Origin: a virus
Taxonomy: Duplodnaviria; Caudoviricetes
Strand: one strand, 5' to 3'
DNA: 57,906 nucleotides
IMG/VR virus record: IMGVR_UViG_3300020147_000010
Coordinates: 1-57,906 of that record
This document shows, piece after piece, positions 33,972 to 42,626 of the stretch. Within the stretch, counting starts at the first letter, position 1, and every line of letters starts with the position of its first letter. The notes beneath the pieces are model-generated. The model searched no databases and was not told the DNA's origin. It saw only the letters and a list, made by a program, of their open reading frames with translations. The position numbers and the translations under genes are program-made.

Positions 33972-35657
33972 CTAGACGGCCACGCCCAGCTTCTTGACCG
34001 CCCGGCGGCCCTGGATGCGCGTCAGGAGGTCCGCCGCGTCGCCCGAGGTCCGCACCCGCACCAGCGCGCGCTCCGGAAGGCCCTCGCGCAACAGGCGCGA
34101 CTTCTGGAGCTGGCTAGCGGGCTGGTTGCGCCAGCGCGCCGAGCGCTCGGCCAGCTTCTGGAAGGCTTTCGCCCGGTCCTCCCCGATGCCCATCGCCCAC
34201 TCGCTCGGAAGCGCCTCGTGGAGAACGTGGACCTTGCCCGCCTCGTAGCTCGCCAGCCGCCAGGTGTCCAGGCCCTCGGGGACCATCACCACGACCTCCT
34301 TGCCAGCGCCCAGGACCCAGGCCGGGCCGACCGGGAGCCAGCTCAGCCGCGAGGCCCCGAACACGTCCACCTTGCCCGAGGTGCGGGCCTGGCAGTTCTC
34401 GTGACGGCGCTCGCCCACAGCGGTCAGCGAGGCGGGGAGGTAGCGGTGGCAGAGCTGGCACCGGTGGCCCTCGGGCGCGGCGCACTCGGCGCTCTCGCAC
34501 GTGGGGCACTGTTGCTTCTCCGGCTCGCCCTCCTTCTTGGTCCGGGGGTCGTCCAGGTCCAGCCCGAGGTCCACCACACCCACGAGCTCGTGGCGCTGGC
34601 TGGCCCCCACGATGTCGATCACCAGGAGGTCAGTCTTGCCCGGGGCCAGCCGGGTGCCCCGGCCCACCATCTGGACGTACAGGCCGTGGAACTTGGTCGG
34701 GCGGCCGACCAGGACACAGGAGATCGTGGGCTCGTCGAATCCCTCGGTCAGGACCGCGCAGTTGGTGACCCAGGTGGTCTCGCCGGTCTTGAGCCGCCGG
34801 AGGATCGCCTTACGCTCCTCCCCCTCGGTCGCGCCGTCCAGGTGCTCAGCCTTGACGCCAGCGGCCCGGAGAGCGGCGGCCAGGAGCTCCGAGGTGCGAA
34901 CCGTGGGGAGGAAGGCCACGCCCTTCCGGTCGGCCGCGTGCTCCAGCACGGCGGCCACCATCTGGCCGATGGCCCCGGACTCCTCCAGCTCGCGGCCGAG
35001 GTCGCCGCCGGAGAGGTCGCCGTCCCGACCCTTGCCGACCTTGCCCATGTCCATCCGGGTCTCGACCACCACGGCCGGGAGGATCGGCACCAGATAGCCC
35101 TTGTAGATGGCCTCTCGGATTGACATGTAATCGACAACCTTCTCCCAGACGCCCAACGTCTTGCCGTTGTCGCGCTCCGGGGTGGCCGTGAAGCCGATCG
35201 CCAGCGGGCCGTACGGGTTGAACGCACCGAGGCCGGTCAGCATCTTGGTCCAGGTCGGGGCCGGGGCGTGGTGCGCCTCGTCCACGATGATGGTCCCGAA
35301 CGGTCCGTACCGGCGGGTGGACTCCAGGATCTGGGCCAGCCGCTTGTCCCGGCTCCCCGTCTGGACGCTCGCCACCACCACGTCCGCGCCGACCTCGTTA
35401 CTCTCGGCCTTGACCAGGCCGGTGGAGAGCTCAGGAGCCTGCCACCCCAGCTTCTCGATGGTCTGGCCCGCCAGCTCGTCCCGGTGCACCATGACCAGGC
35501 TCCGGCCCTTGCCGCGCCGCTGGTCGATGGCCGCGCCGAACGTCACGGTCTTGCCGGTGCCGGTCGGGTGGACCACGAGCGGACGGCGGACGCCCTCGCG
35601 CTCGGCCTTCTCCACGTTCTCCAGCGCCCGTACCTGGTAGTCCCTGAGATCCAGCAT
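33972..35657 (-). CDS. SF2 DEAH-box DNA helicase
   Basis: LRDYQ, PTGTGKT, IVDEAHH, TATPER, LTEGFDEP, QMVGRGTR; promoter TTGACA-N17-TAAGGT at 35689-35717. Confidence 0.93.
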   Translation of the reverse strand: MLDLRDYQVRALENVEKAEREGVRRPLVVHPTGTGKTVTFGAAIDQRRGKGRSLVMVHRDELAGQTIEKLGWQAPELSTGLVKAESNEVGADVVVASVQTGSRDKRLAQILESTRRYGPFGTIIVDEAHHAPAPTWTKMLTGLGAFNPYGPLAIGFTATPERDNGKTLGVWEKVVDYMSIREAIYKGYLVPILPAVVVETRMDMGKVGKGRDGDLSGGDLGRELEESGAIGQMVAAVLEHAADRKGVAFLPTVRTSELLAAALRAAGVKAEHLDGATEGEERKAILRRLKTGETTWVTNCAVLTEGFDEPTISCVLVGRPTKFHGLYVQMVGRGTRLAPGKTDLLVIDIVGASQRHELVGVVDLGLDLDDPRTKKEGEPEKQQCPTCESAECAAPEGHRCQLCHRYLPASLTAVGERRHENCQARTSGKVDVFGASRLSWLPVGPAWVLGAGKEVVVMVPEGLDTWRLASYEAGKVHVLHEALPSEWAMGIGEDRAKAFQKLAERSARWRNQPASQLQKSRLLREGLPERALVRVRTSGDAADLLTRIQGRRAVKKLGVAV

Positions 35658-35754
35658 GTTCGGTGATCCCTCCTCGTCGTGTGATGTCACCTTACCGTGG
35701 TGACTGCAAAGTGTCAAACGGAGAGGCCCGGCCCCACGCGGGACCGGGCCTCGG

Positions 35755-36087
35755 TCAGACCTTGGCGGGCTGGCCGGACGTGCCGTCCGCCTCGCCCTCG
35801 GGGGAGGCCGGGAGCGGCCACACACGCCGCTGGCCGGTCACCAGCTCCACGTACTCCACCGTGCGGCCCTCACGCTCCAGCCAGCGGGCCACAGCGCCCC
35901 ATCCGGCGGCCGTGGGCACCCGGCCGGAGCCGCCGGTCAGGTACCAGAGGCCCCCGGCCTTCAGGGCCGCGTACGTGTACGTGGTGGCGCTCCCGGAGCT
36001 CTCCGGCCCCGGGTCGTACCGGATGCCGAACAGCAGGATGGTCCCGTCCGGGACGGCCCGATCGTTCAGCGTGAACTTGACGTTCAT
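35755..36087 (-). CDS. Hypothetical protein (paralogue of 38327..38680)
   Basis: PDGTILLF..Y...YTYAALKAGGLWYLTG...VARWL. Confidence 0.75.
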   Translation of the reverse strand: MNVKFTLNDRAVPDGTILLFGIRYDPGPESSGSATTYTYAALKAGGLWYLTGGSGRVPTAAGWGAVARWLEREGRTVEYVELVTGQRRVWPLPASPEGEADGTSGQPAKV

Positions 36088-36169
36088 CTGTCAACCCTTC
36101 CAGGGGGAGAGACGGGACGGGCCGCCCGGCGCGAATCGCTACCGGGCGGCCCGTGGGAGGTGGCGGGAC

Positions 36170-36628
36170 CTACTCGCCCTTGCGGCGCACGACCACGCCG
36201 AAGTGCTTGTAGGGCTTGCCAGCGAACCGGCCCTTCTTGATCGGCTTCTCACCGAAGTACTTCACGCCGATCATGTCGCCCACCCGGGGGTCGGCGTCCT
36301 TCAGCTCGCGCTTGAGCACCGCGCCGTACCCGATCACGCGGAACTTGTCCCCGCTCTTGGTCTGGATGGTGACCGTGGGGACCATCGGGTCCTCGCCGTC
36401 GTTGGCGAAGTCCGAGCGGGTCTCGCCCACCTTGACCACGACCCCGGCGATGCCCTCGCCCTTCTCGGTGGGCACCCAGCCCTCCGAGTCGTCCTCCTCG
36501 ACCTCGTTCAGGAGGTCGTCCACGTCCGCGAAGTCGTCCTCCGAGGGACCGGCCGTGGGAGCGCCGAACATCTCGTCCACGTCGTCCTTGGAACCGGCGG
36601 CGGCCTTGCTGGCGTTGCTGGGGGCCAT
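36170..36628 (-). CDS. Single-stranded DNA-binding protein (OB-fold, probable)
   Basis: Acidic N-terminus, W.P..GEGIAGVVVKV, P.VGDMIGVKYFG, YKHF; next to exonuclease; strong AGAAAGGGGAG RBS. Confidence 0.7.
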   Translation of the reverse strand: MAPSNASKAAAGSKDDVDEMFGAPTAGPSEDDFADVDDLLNEVEEDDSEGWVPTEKGEGIAGVVVKVGETRSDFANDGEDPMVPTVTIQTKSGDKFRVIGYGAVLKRELKDADPRVGDMIGVKYFGEKPIKKGRFAGKPYKHFGVVVRRKGE

Positions 36629-36629
36629 T

Positions 36630-36975
36630 AGGGCTCCCCTTTCTGTGAGTGAGCTAGTGAGCTGTGCTTTGTTGGTGCGGCCCGGCCGGTCCGTTGCGGG
36701 TCCTCGGCGTGCGCCTCGGTCTCGCTGTGGTCCGGCCGGACCCGGCGGATTCTGGTGGGCCGCCGCCCCAGGCCGTTAGGTAAGGCCCACACCACGGTTC
36801 CAGCGCGTCACGACTGCTCGCCCGAGGGCGGATCGTGTACCACCTGCCAGTCACCGCGAACCTGTCTCGGTGGCGCTCCCCCGTGGACTCGAACCACGGT
36901 GACCCTCATCCGGCATTCTTGGGCTGACAACTGCCTATCGAGAGCGCCGGGGTTGCCCCCGGGGTGTTGCTGGGT
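36630..36975 (-). ncRNA. Structured non-coding leader with several stem-loops upstream of ssb
   Basis: About 345 nt without a credible ORF, downstream of a TAAGGT -10 (36979-36984); long stems at 36862-36796, 36790-36753 and 36742-36673. Confidence 0.55.
36871..36945 (-). ncRNA. tRNA-like RNA (canonical T-arm, acceptor stem and encoded CCA; non-canonical D and anticodon arms)
   Basis: GCUCUCGAUAGGCAGUUGUCAGCCCAAGAAUGCCGGAUGAGGGUCACCGUGGUUCGAGUCCACGGGGGAGCGCCA. Confidence 0.7.
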
Positions 36976-36981
36976 CCTACC

Positions 36982-38142
36982 TTACAGCCTCGGCTCCGAG
37001 GTCGCAACCTCGGCCGCCAGCTTCTCCTTGACGGGCTTGGGGACGGTGATCGTCAGCCGCCGGTACGAGCTCCGCTCGGTGCACGCGGCGGCCACGTCCG
37101 GGTACTCCTCCTTCAGCTTCTCCACGTTGATCCGGGTGGAGCCGACCTCGGGGTAGCTGGTGACCTTCAGGCCCTCGGGCTTGCCGGGCCACGGCATGTA
37201 CCCGGCCCCGGCCTCGCCGGTCATCATGCGGAAGTAGTTCTTGGCCGCGTCCAGGTCGGCCTCGGCCTTCTTGAACGCCTCCTTGGCCCGCACGTACGCG
37301 GCCAGCCACTCCTCGGTGTCCTCGGGGAGGTCCACGCTCGGCTTGACCACCTTGGGCTGGAGCAGCTTCAGCAGCTCCTCGGTCTTGGGGTGCCGGAGGT
37401 CGTGCATCGGCGGCTCGTCGGCCAGGATGTTCTCGGTCCAGAACCGCTCGGCCTCGGCCGCCAGCTCCTCGAACCAGGCCCGGTCAAAGTGGATCTCCAC
37501 CGTGAAGAACTGGCGCTCCCGGCCGAGCACCAGGCACCCGAGGTAGGCCACGGGGAGCCCGATGATCCCCATCTGCCACTGGCATTGTGCCTGGTACGAG
37601 AGCGGCGCGGAGCCGGTCCCGTAGCCGTTCGGCCGGATGATGCCGGACTCCCAGTGCTCATCGTCACCGGCGGTCTTGCACTCGATCACGGCCTGGGCCT
37701 TCCAGGCCCGGGGCTTGGTGGCGAACCGGTCCGGCGTGACCCGGAGGAACGGCTTGTCCCGCCGCGCCCAGAGCCCGCCCCCGAACCGCGAGACCATGCC
37801 GATCTCGTCGGCCACCTTCTGGGCCACCACGTCCTCCAGGCGGTGGCCCCACTCGATGGCGGCCACGCCCTCCAGCTCCTTGTACGGGCGCTTCTTGGTG
37901 TTGTAGACGGACCAGGCGGTCTCGTACTCCGAGATCCCGACCAGCGCGCCGACCTCGGAGCCGCCGATGCCCGCCTGGCGCGCGGCCAGCCAGGGGCCGC
38001 GCCCGGCGCACTCGGGGAGGATCACCTGGGCCGGGCTGTTCGGAACCTGGGCGAATCGGTGGGCAGGGTGGGGGCACGCCAGGCGGCCCCCGGAGCGGGC
38101 CAGGTACTTCTCGACCTGGCCCGCCTCGGTGGTCGTGCTCAT
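36982..38142 (-). CDS. YqaJ/lambda-exo-like recombination exonuclease
   Basis: WLAARQAGIGGSEV, WGHRLE, TPDR, IECKT, YQAQCQWQM. Confidence 0.92.
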   Translation of the reverse strand: MSTTTEAGQVEKYLARSGGRLACPHPAHRFAQVPNSPAQVILPECAGRGPWLAARQAGIGGSEVGALVGISEYETAWSVYNTKKRPYKELEGVAAIEWGHRLEDVVAQKVADEIGMVSRFGGGLWARRDKPFLRVTPDRFATKPRAWKAQAVIECKTAGDDEHWESGIIRPNGYGTGSAPLSYQAQCQWQMGIIGLPVAYLGCLVLGRERQFFTVEIHFDRAWFEELAAEAERFWTENILADEPPMHDLRHPKTEELLKLLQPKVVKPSVDLPEDTEEWLAAYVRAKEAFKKAEADLDAAKNYFRMMTGEAGAGYMPWPGKPEGLKVTSYPEVGSTRINVEKLKEEYPDVAAACTERSSYRRLTITVPKPVKEKLAAEVATSEPRL

Positions 38143-38330
38143 GCTGTCGTGTCCCCCGGCTCGATCGTGATGGTGATCTCGGCCGGGAACTCGCCGCCGA
38201 CCTTCTCCAGGTGCTCCTTGTTCACGTACACCTGGCCCACGGCCACGGCCTTGATGTTCGGCACGGCGTAGACCACCGTGCCCTTGGTCTCGCGGACCTT
38301 GGGGAGGACAACCTGGGTCGCCACGATCAC
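38139..38330 (-). CDS. Small hypothetical protein (63 aa)
   Basis: RETKGTVVY...VYVNKEHL...PAEITITI; coupled at both ends. Confidence 0.7.
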   Translation of the reverse strand: MIVATQVVLPKVRETKGTVVYAVPNIKAVAVGQVYVNKEHLEKVGGEFPAEITITIEPGDTTA

Positions 38331-38680
38331 CGGCCCCCCATCCCCAGGAGCGCGGTCAGGTCCACGGCCGGGACGGTGCCGACCTCGAACTCCGCCAGCA
38401 CCTGGGCCAGCCGGAGGTGACGGCCGCCGGACATCAGCCACTCGGCCAGGTCGTCCGAGCTGACCTTGTTCGGGGAGCGCTCGCCGGTCACGTGCCAGGT
38501 GCCCCCGGCCTTGTACGCCACGACCGGGTACGGCCGGGACGGGCCGTAGGTCACGACCAGGCCCAGGACGGTCCCGTCCGCGAGCTCGCCCAGGTCCGGC
38601 ATCGCCTCCAGGCTCTCCAGGTACCGGGCCTTGCGCTCGATCTCGCGCCGGAGCTCGGCCTTGCGGTCTTCCAGTCCCAT
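38327..38680 (-). CDS. Hypothetical protein (paralogue of 35755..36087)
   Basis: ADGTVLGL..Y...YPVVAYKAGGTWHVTG...LAEWL. Confidence 0.75.
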   Translation of the reverse strand: MGLEDRKAELRREIERKARYLESLEAMPDLGELADGTVLGLVVTYGPSRPYPVVAYKAGGTWHVTGERSPNKVSSDDLAEWLMSGGRHLRLAQVLAEFEVGTVPAVDLTALLGMGGR

Positions 38681-39186
38681 CACGCCTCCAGGGTGATCTT
38701 GTCCAGGGACTCCCGGTTGAGGGCCGGGAGGTCGAACGGTGCGCGCCCGAGGTGGTCCTGGGTGGCGACCCACAGCCACCAGGCGTCACACGTGTTGTCG
38801 TCGGTGAACTCGACACCGGCCCGCTTGTAGGCGGCCAGGGCCATAGCCCGCTTGTCGGTCTTGCTGCCCCCGTTGCCGGTGGCGTACTTCTTGAGGCTGG
38901 ACGGGGGGAGCGTCCCGTACGGGATGCCCTCCTCCATCAGGAGCGCCCGGACGGCCCCGTGAACCATGCCGGTGATCCCGGCGCTCTTGCTGGCGTTCAG
39001 GTAGCCCTCCACCAGCACGAGCTCCGAGCCCCGGACGATCGGCCGGAGCCGGTCGCGGATCTCGACCAGCCGCCGGTCCCCCTTGGCCCGGGTGCGGATC
39101 AGCTCCCAGGTCGGCCCCTCCCCGTCCGTCCAGCACGCCCCCGTGGCGGTGATGGACAGGTCCAGGCCGGTGACCTTGACACTCAT
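38680..39186 (-). CDS. RuvC-like Holliday junction resolvase
   Basis: GLDLSITATG, VLVEGY, LKKYATGNG, DDNTCDA. Confidence 0.9.
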   Translation of the reverse strand: MSVKVTGLDLSITATGACWTDGEGPTWELIRTRAKGDRRLVEIRDRLRPIVRGSELVLVEGYLNASKSAGITGMVHGAVRALLMEEGIPYGTLPPSSLKKYATGNGGSKTDKRAMALAAYKRAGVEFTDDNTCDAWWLWVATQDHLGRAPFDLPALNRESLDKITLEA

Positions 39187-39189
39187 CTG

Positions 39190-39534
39190 TCAGTCATTCC
39201 AGCCAGCGCCGTGGCCCTGGCCGAGCTGGTAGCTGGTCTCGGCGCGCGCCGGGTCGGCCGCCTCGCGGATGCGGACCAGCTCGTCCGGGAGCTCGTCCGG
39301 GCTCAGCGCGGCCGTAGCCACCTGGGCCATCTCCGAGATCATCGCCAGCTCGGTCATCAGCGTGGCGAACTCCTGGACGGGGAGCTCCGCGTGGCGCTCC
39401 ACCATCGGGCTGAGCTCGAACACGGCGCACACCGTGGCGGCACCGGCCGGGATGTCGTAGCTGGTCCGGAGCCGGACCTGGAGCCGGTCCCACTGGCCGG
39501 TGCTCAGGTCCGCGATCTTGACTCGGGCTCGCAT
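39190..39534 (-). CDS. Hypothetical protein
   Basis: GGAAGGAGG RBS; TAAGGT promoter upstream. Confidence 0.65.
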   Translation of the reverse strand: MRARVKIADLSTGQWDRLQVRLRTSYDIPAGAATVCAVFELSPMVERHAELPVQEFATLMTELAMISEMAQVATAALSPDELPDELVRIREAADPARAETSYQLGQGHGAGWND

Positions 39535-39619
39535 GTGCGGCCCTCCTTCCTGTTGATGAAACCTTACCATGTTGACTGCAAGGTTTGCAACCGGGGAGGG
39601 CCGCACACGTTTGCCCAGG

Positions 39620-40366
39620 TCAGACGCGCGTACGGGGGAGGTGCTGGAAGTAGTACGGCCGGGTGCGGACCAGCACGCCCCCGCCCTCCACGGCGTCCAT
39701 CGTCACCCGGGTACGCGAGTTGTCCGGGTGCCACGAGCCGTTCGGCCGCTCCAGCCACGCGAGGAGGCTCCGGCGGTCCGTACTGGAGAGCTGGACCATG
39801 TGGTCCCGATCCGCGATGACGCGCGCCAGGACGGCCCTGTAGACCGCCTCGGCCACGTTCTCCACGGCGGCCATGCCCGAGGAGCCGAGCTCGTCGTAGG
39901 ACCCGCTGTAGAGCTCGTGGGCGTTGCTCCCGATGGTCACGCGCACGTGCTCATCGTCCGGGTAGTCCACCCGGAACATCAGCGCCTGGTTGTCCCGGTG
40001 CGTCGCCAGGCGCTCCTCCTCGTCCCGCCACGGGTAGTTCAGGAGCGTGGTCAGGTCGTCGGTGATGCGGTCCCGGGGCTGGAGCTCGTCGCGCCCCTCC
40101 AGCTCGTCCACGTAGCGCTGGACGGCCGCGCGGAACGTCGTCGGCTCCCCGTCCATCAGGTCCAGGACGGCCTCGTCCCCCATCGACGTGGTGGCGTCCA
40201 GCATCTCGGCCACCACCGTCCGGCCCTCGCCGGTCTCGGCCATCGCGTGCCGGATCACGGTCTCCCGGCTGACGGCCCGAATCAGCGCGTCCAGGTCGGC
40301 CTCGCCCTCCAGGGCCTCGGCCAGCGTCAGGCCAGCGCGGCCCAGGGTCTCGGTCAGGTCAGCCAT
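39620..40366 (-). CDS. Hypothetical protein (acidic)
   Basis: TGATG-coupled start at 40366. Confidence 0.7.
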   Translation of the reverse strand: MADLTETLGRAGLTLAEALEGEADLDALIRAVSRETVIRHAMAETGEGRTVVAEMLDATTSMGDEAVLDLMDGEPTTFRAAVQRYVDELEGRDELQPRDRITDDLTTLLNYPWRDEEERLATHRDNQALMFRVDYPDDEHVRVTIGSNAHELYSGSYDELGSSGMAAVENVAEAVYRAVLARVIADRDHMVQLSSTDRRSLLAWLERPNGSWHPDNSRTRVTMDAVEGGGVLVRTRPYYFQHLPRTRV

Positions 40367-40506
40367 CAGTCCCCCAGCTCCTTGAAAAACGTCGTCGCGC
40401 CGTCCCAGATGTCCGTGGCCGTGTCGGCCATGCCCTTGGGGTCCGTGACCAGCCACAGGATCAGCCCGGCCACGATCACCCACTTGAGCCAGTTCGGAAT
40501 CTCCAC
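40366..40506 (-). CDS. Small single-TM protein (46 aa)
   Basis: MEIPNWLKWVIVAGLILWLVTDPKG...; promoter TTGACA-N17-TAATGT at 40550-40578. Confidence 0.7.
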   Translation of the reverse strand: MEIPNWLKWVIVAGLILWLVTDPKGMADTATDIWDGATTFFKELGD

Positions 40507-40621
40507 GTCTCTCCCCTTCCAGGTGGCGGGACCTCTCCCACCGTCCATTACATTACCGTCATGCCTACAAAGTGTCAAGCCCGGTCCCCCGGGGAGGGGG
40601 ACCGGGCCGGAGCCCGGCCGC

Positions 40622-41380
40622 TCAGGCGGCCGTGAACAGCTCCGAGCACTGGTCACACCGGACCACGCCGAGGTCCAGCACCTTACGGCTCAGCCGGATG
40701 ATGATGGGCTCCTCGCACCCGCACGTGGCCTTGAGGTTGCCGCTCTGGGGCTTGGTCTCGCCCTCGCCCTCCTCGGTGCCGCCCTTGGGCTTGGCGATCT
40801 TCTCGCCGCCGCGCTCGTCCTCGTCCGAGTCGCCGCCCAGCCAGAACGGGAGGAGGCCGGTCAGGGTGAGCTCCTTCTCCAGCTCGGCCAGGAGGTCCGC
40901 GTACTTGACCTTGGTGGCCTCGGTCAGCGTGACGAACGAGAACCCGTGGGTCTTGTCCGGCGTGCTGGCCTTGTGCTCCAGGCCCAGCTCCTCGGCGGTC
41001 TTGCGGAACGTGCCGTTGTGGTACCGGTGCTGGCGGCTGGTGTCCTTGACGCCCCGGACGTTGCTCAGGGTGTGGGCGGCCTCGTGGATCGTGGTCTGGA
41101 GCACCTGGTGGGCTCCCTTGGCGAGGGCTTCCGAGGCCAGGAAGAACTCGTGACGCTTCTCCCCGTTGACGGTCTTCCAGGAGTTGGGGCGGAAGTGGCC
41201 CCACTTCACGAACTCGCCGGAGCCGGTGGTGACCACCACGGCCGGGAGCTCCGGGTGCTCGGCGCGGATGCGGTCCCAGACCCGCTCGATCAGGGCCACG
41301 ATCGTGGACCCGGTGTGGTCGATCTTGGCGGCCTTCTCGGCCTCGGTGGTCTGGGTCTCGGTGGCGGTGGTGGCGTTCAT
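40622..41380 (-). CDS. SprT-like zinc metalloprotease domain protein
   Basis: TTIHEAAH, DTSRQHRYHN..F...AEELGL, C-terminal CGC...CDQC; GGAGGAG RBS; own promoter at 41418-41446. Confidence 0.8.
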   Translation of the reverse strand: MNATTATETQTTEAEKAAKIDHTGSTIVALIERVWDRIRAEHPELPAVVVTTGSGEFVKWGHFRPNSWKTVNGEKRHEFFLASEALAKGAHQVLQTTIHEAAHTLSNVRGVKDTSRQHRYHNGTFRKTAEELGLEHKASTPDKTHGFSFVTLTEATKVKYADLLAELEKELTLTGLLPFWLGGDSDEDERGGEKIAKPKGGTEEGEGETKPQSGNLKATCGCEEPIIIRLSRKVLDLGVVRCDQCSELFTAA

Positions 41381-42256
41381 GTCGGGCTCCTCCAGGTCGT
41401 CCTCGCTGTTAGGACCAACCTTACCGGCCTGACTGTGAAGTGTCAACAGGAATGACGGTGCAATGTCAGCGAGTCGCACGAGCTCCCGGCCAGCGGCCCG
41501 GACGGGGAGGTGGTCCAGCACCGGCTCCGACTCGGTGGCGCGGAGGAGGTCCAGGGCGGCCGGGGCCGCCCCGGCGGCCGGAGCCGCCGGGGGGCACTCG
41601 GGGCACAGGATCAGGGCGCGCACCGGCGCGCTGGCGTGCCAGCCGTTCTCGCACCGGCCGGTGCGGGCCGGGTGCTCGGCGCTGGCGTAGTCGGTGCCGG
41701 TCGCGTCGTTGTAGACCCGGGCGCGCTCCTCGTCGGTCAGCTCGGGGGCCTCCTCGGGAGCCGGGGCGGTCCAGTTCGCGGCGGCCCAGTCGGCCAGCGC
41801 CTCGGCCGGGAGTCCCATCGCGGCGGCCATGATCTCGGCGGCCTCGGCCTGGGTCGGGGCGGTCCGGGCGGCCTGGGCCGCGTCCCGGACGGCGGCGGCC
41901 TGGTCGGCTCCGGTGGTGGCGGCCTCAACCTCGGCCGGGGTGGCCGCGCGGTCCTGGCGCTTGTTCTCCTCCAGGGCCTCCACGTGAGCCCGCTTCACGC
42001 CGGGGGCGTCCTCCGGGGCCAGGAACATGGTCTGGATCGGCTCGGCGTAGAAGCTACCCACGCCGGTGACGATGATGTAGCCGCGCCGGTTCGAGCACTT
42101 CAGCTTCTCCAGGACCCGGGTCACGACCACGCCCTCCCCGGTCTTGGTGGCGCTGGGGCGGATGGTGTCGCCCTCGTACGCTCCGCTGTTCGTGTTGACG
42201 ATGATCCGGTGGGTGTCGTTGACGTTGCTGGCGTTGATCTTGCCCTTGGCGGTCAT
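40622..42256 (-). CDS. Long in-frame form: Ala-rich early protein reading through into the SprT-like domain
   Basis: ATG 42256 with GAGGGAG RBS and promoter at 42298-42326; no stop codon before 40622. Confidence 0.6.
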   Translation of the reverse strand: MTAKGKINASNVNDTHRIIVNTNSGAYEGDTIRPSATKTGEGVVVTRVLEKLKCSNRRGYIIVTGVGSFYAEPIQTMFLAPEDAPGVKRAHVEALEENKRQDRAATPAEVEAATTGADQAAAVRDAAQAARTAPTQAEAAEIMAAAMGLPAEALADWAAANWTAPAPEEAPELTDEERARVYNDATGTDYASAEHPARTGRCENGWHASAPVRALILCPECPPAAPAAGAAPAALDLLRATESEPVLDHLPVRAAGRELVRLADIAPSFLLTLHSQAGKVGPNSEDDLEEPDMNATTATETQTTEAEKAAKIDHTGSTIVALIERVWDRIRAEHPELPAVVVTTGSGEFVKWGHFRPNSWKTVNGEKRHEFFLASEALAKGAHQVLQTTIHEAAHTLSNVRGVKDTSRQHRYHNGTFRKTAEELGLEHKASTPDKTHGFSFVTLTEATKVKYADLLAELEKELTLTGLLPFWLGGDSDEDERGGEKIAKPKGGTEEGEGETKPQSGNLKATCGCEEPIIIRLSRKVLDLGVVRCDQCSELFTAA

Positions 42257-42297
42257 CGCTGTCTCCCTCGCTTGCCGTTGTCCTGCTGACACGACAA

Positions 42298-42401
42298 ACA
42301 TTACAGGCATGACTGTGGAGTGTCAACGCCAGGAGGCCCGTTGTGGTCTACGTCACAGGCGGGCCTGTGAGGTTGACACTTCACTGTCACGCCTGTAATG
42401 T
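42298..42401. promoter_or_regulatory. Divergent pair of early promoters, each overlapped by a TGAC-N8-GTCA site
   Basis: Minus strand TTGACA-N17-TAATGT 42326-42298; plus strand TTGACA-N17-TAATGT 42373-42401. Confidence 0.8.
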
Positions 42402-42449
42402 AGTTCTCACGAGCGGGGCACACGGCCCGGCCGGGGAGGGACAGAGACG

Positions 42450-42626
42450 ATGAGCAGCGAGAAGCGCGCCAAGGGCAAGCTGGTCCGCAAGGTCGAGAAG
42501 CTGGACAAGGCGTGGCGAGCCGGTGGCAAGCAGGAGGGCCGGACCGAGAACGACCTGGCGATGTACCTGGGCCGCGCGTACCGGGCCGGGGTCGGCAAGG
42601 CCGCGCGCCGGGCTCAGGGCCGCTGA
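42450..42626 (+). CDS. Small basic protein (58 aa), not in ORF track
   Basis: MSSEKRAKGKLVRKVEKLDKAWRAGG...; GGGAGG RBS; promoter upstream and hairpin downstream. Confidence 0.7.
   Translation: MSSEKRAKGKLVRKVEKLDKAWRAGGKQEGRTENDLAMYLGRAYRAGVGKAARRAQGR

Noticed and set aside
36654-36854. 66-aa ORF in the ssb leader
   Set aside because: No RBS, Arg/Pro/Gly-rich composition, and it overlaps strong RNA stems; non-coding interpretation preferred
36871-36945. Calling this a canonical tRNA with an assignable anticodon
   Set aside because: No 7-nt anticodon loop and no proper D-loop; kept as tRNA-like ncRNA
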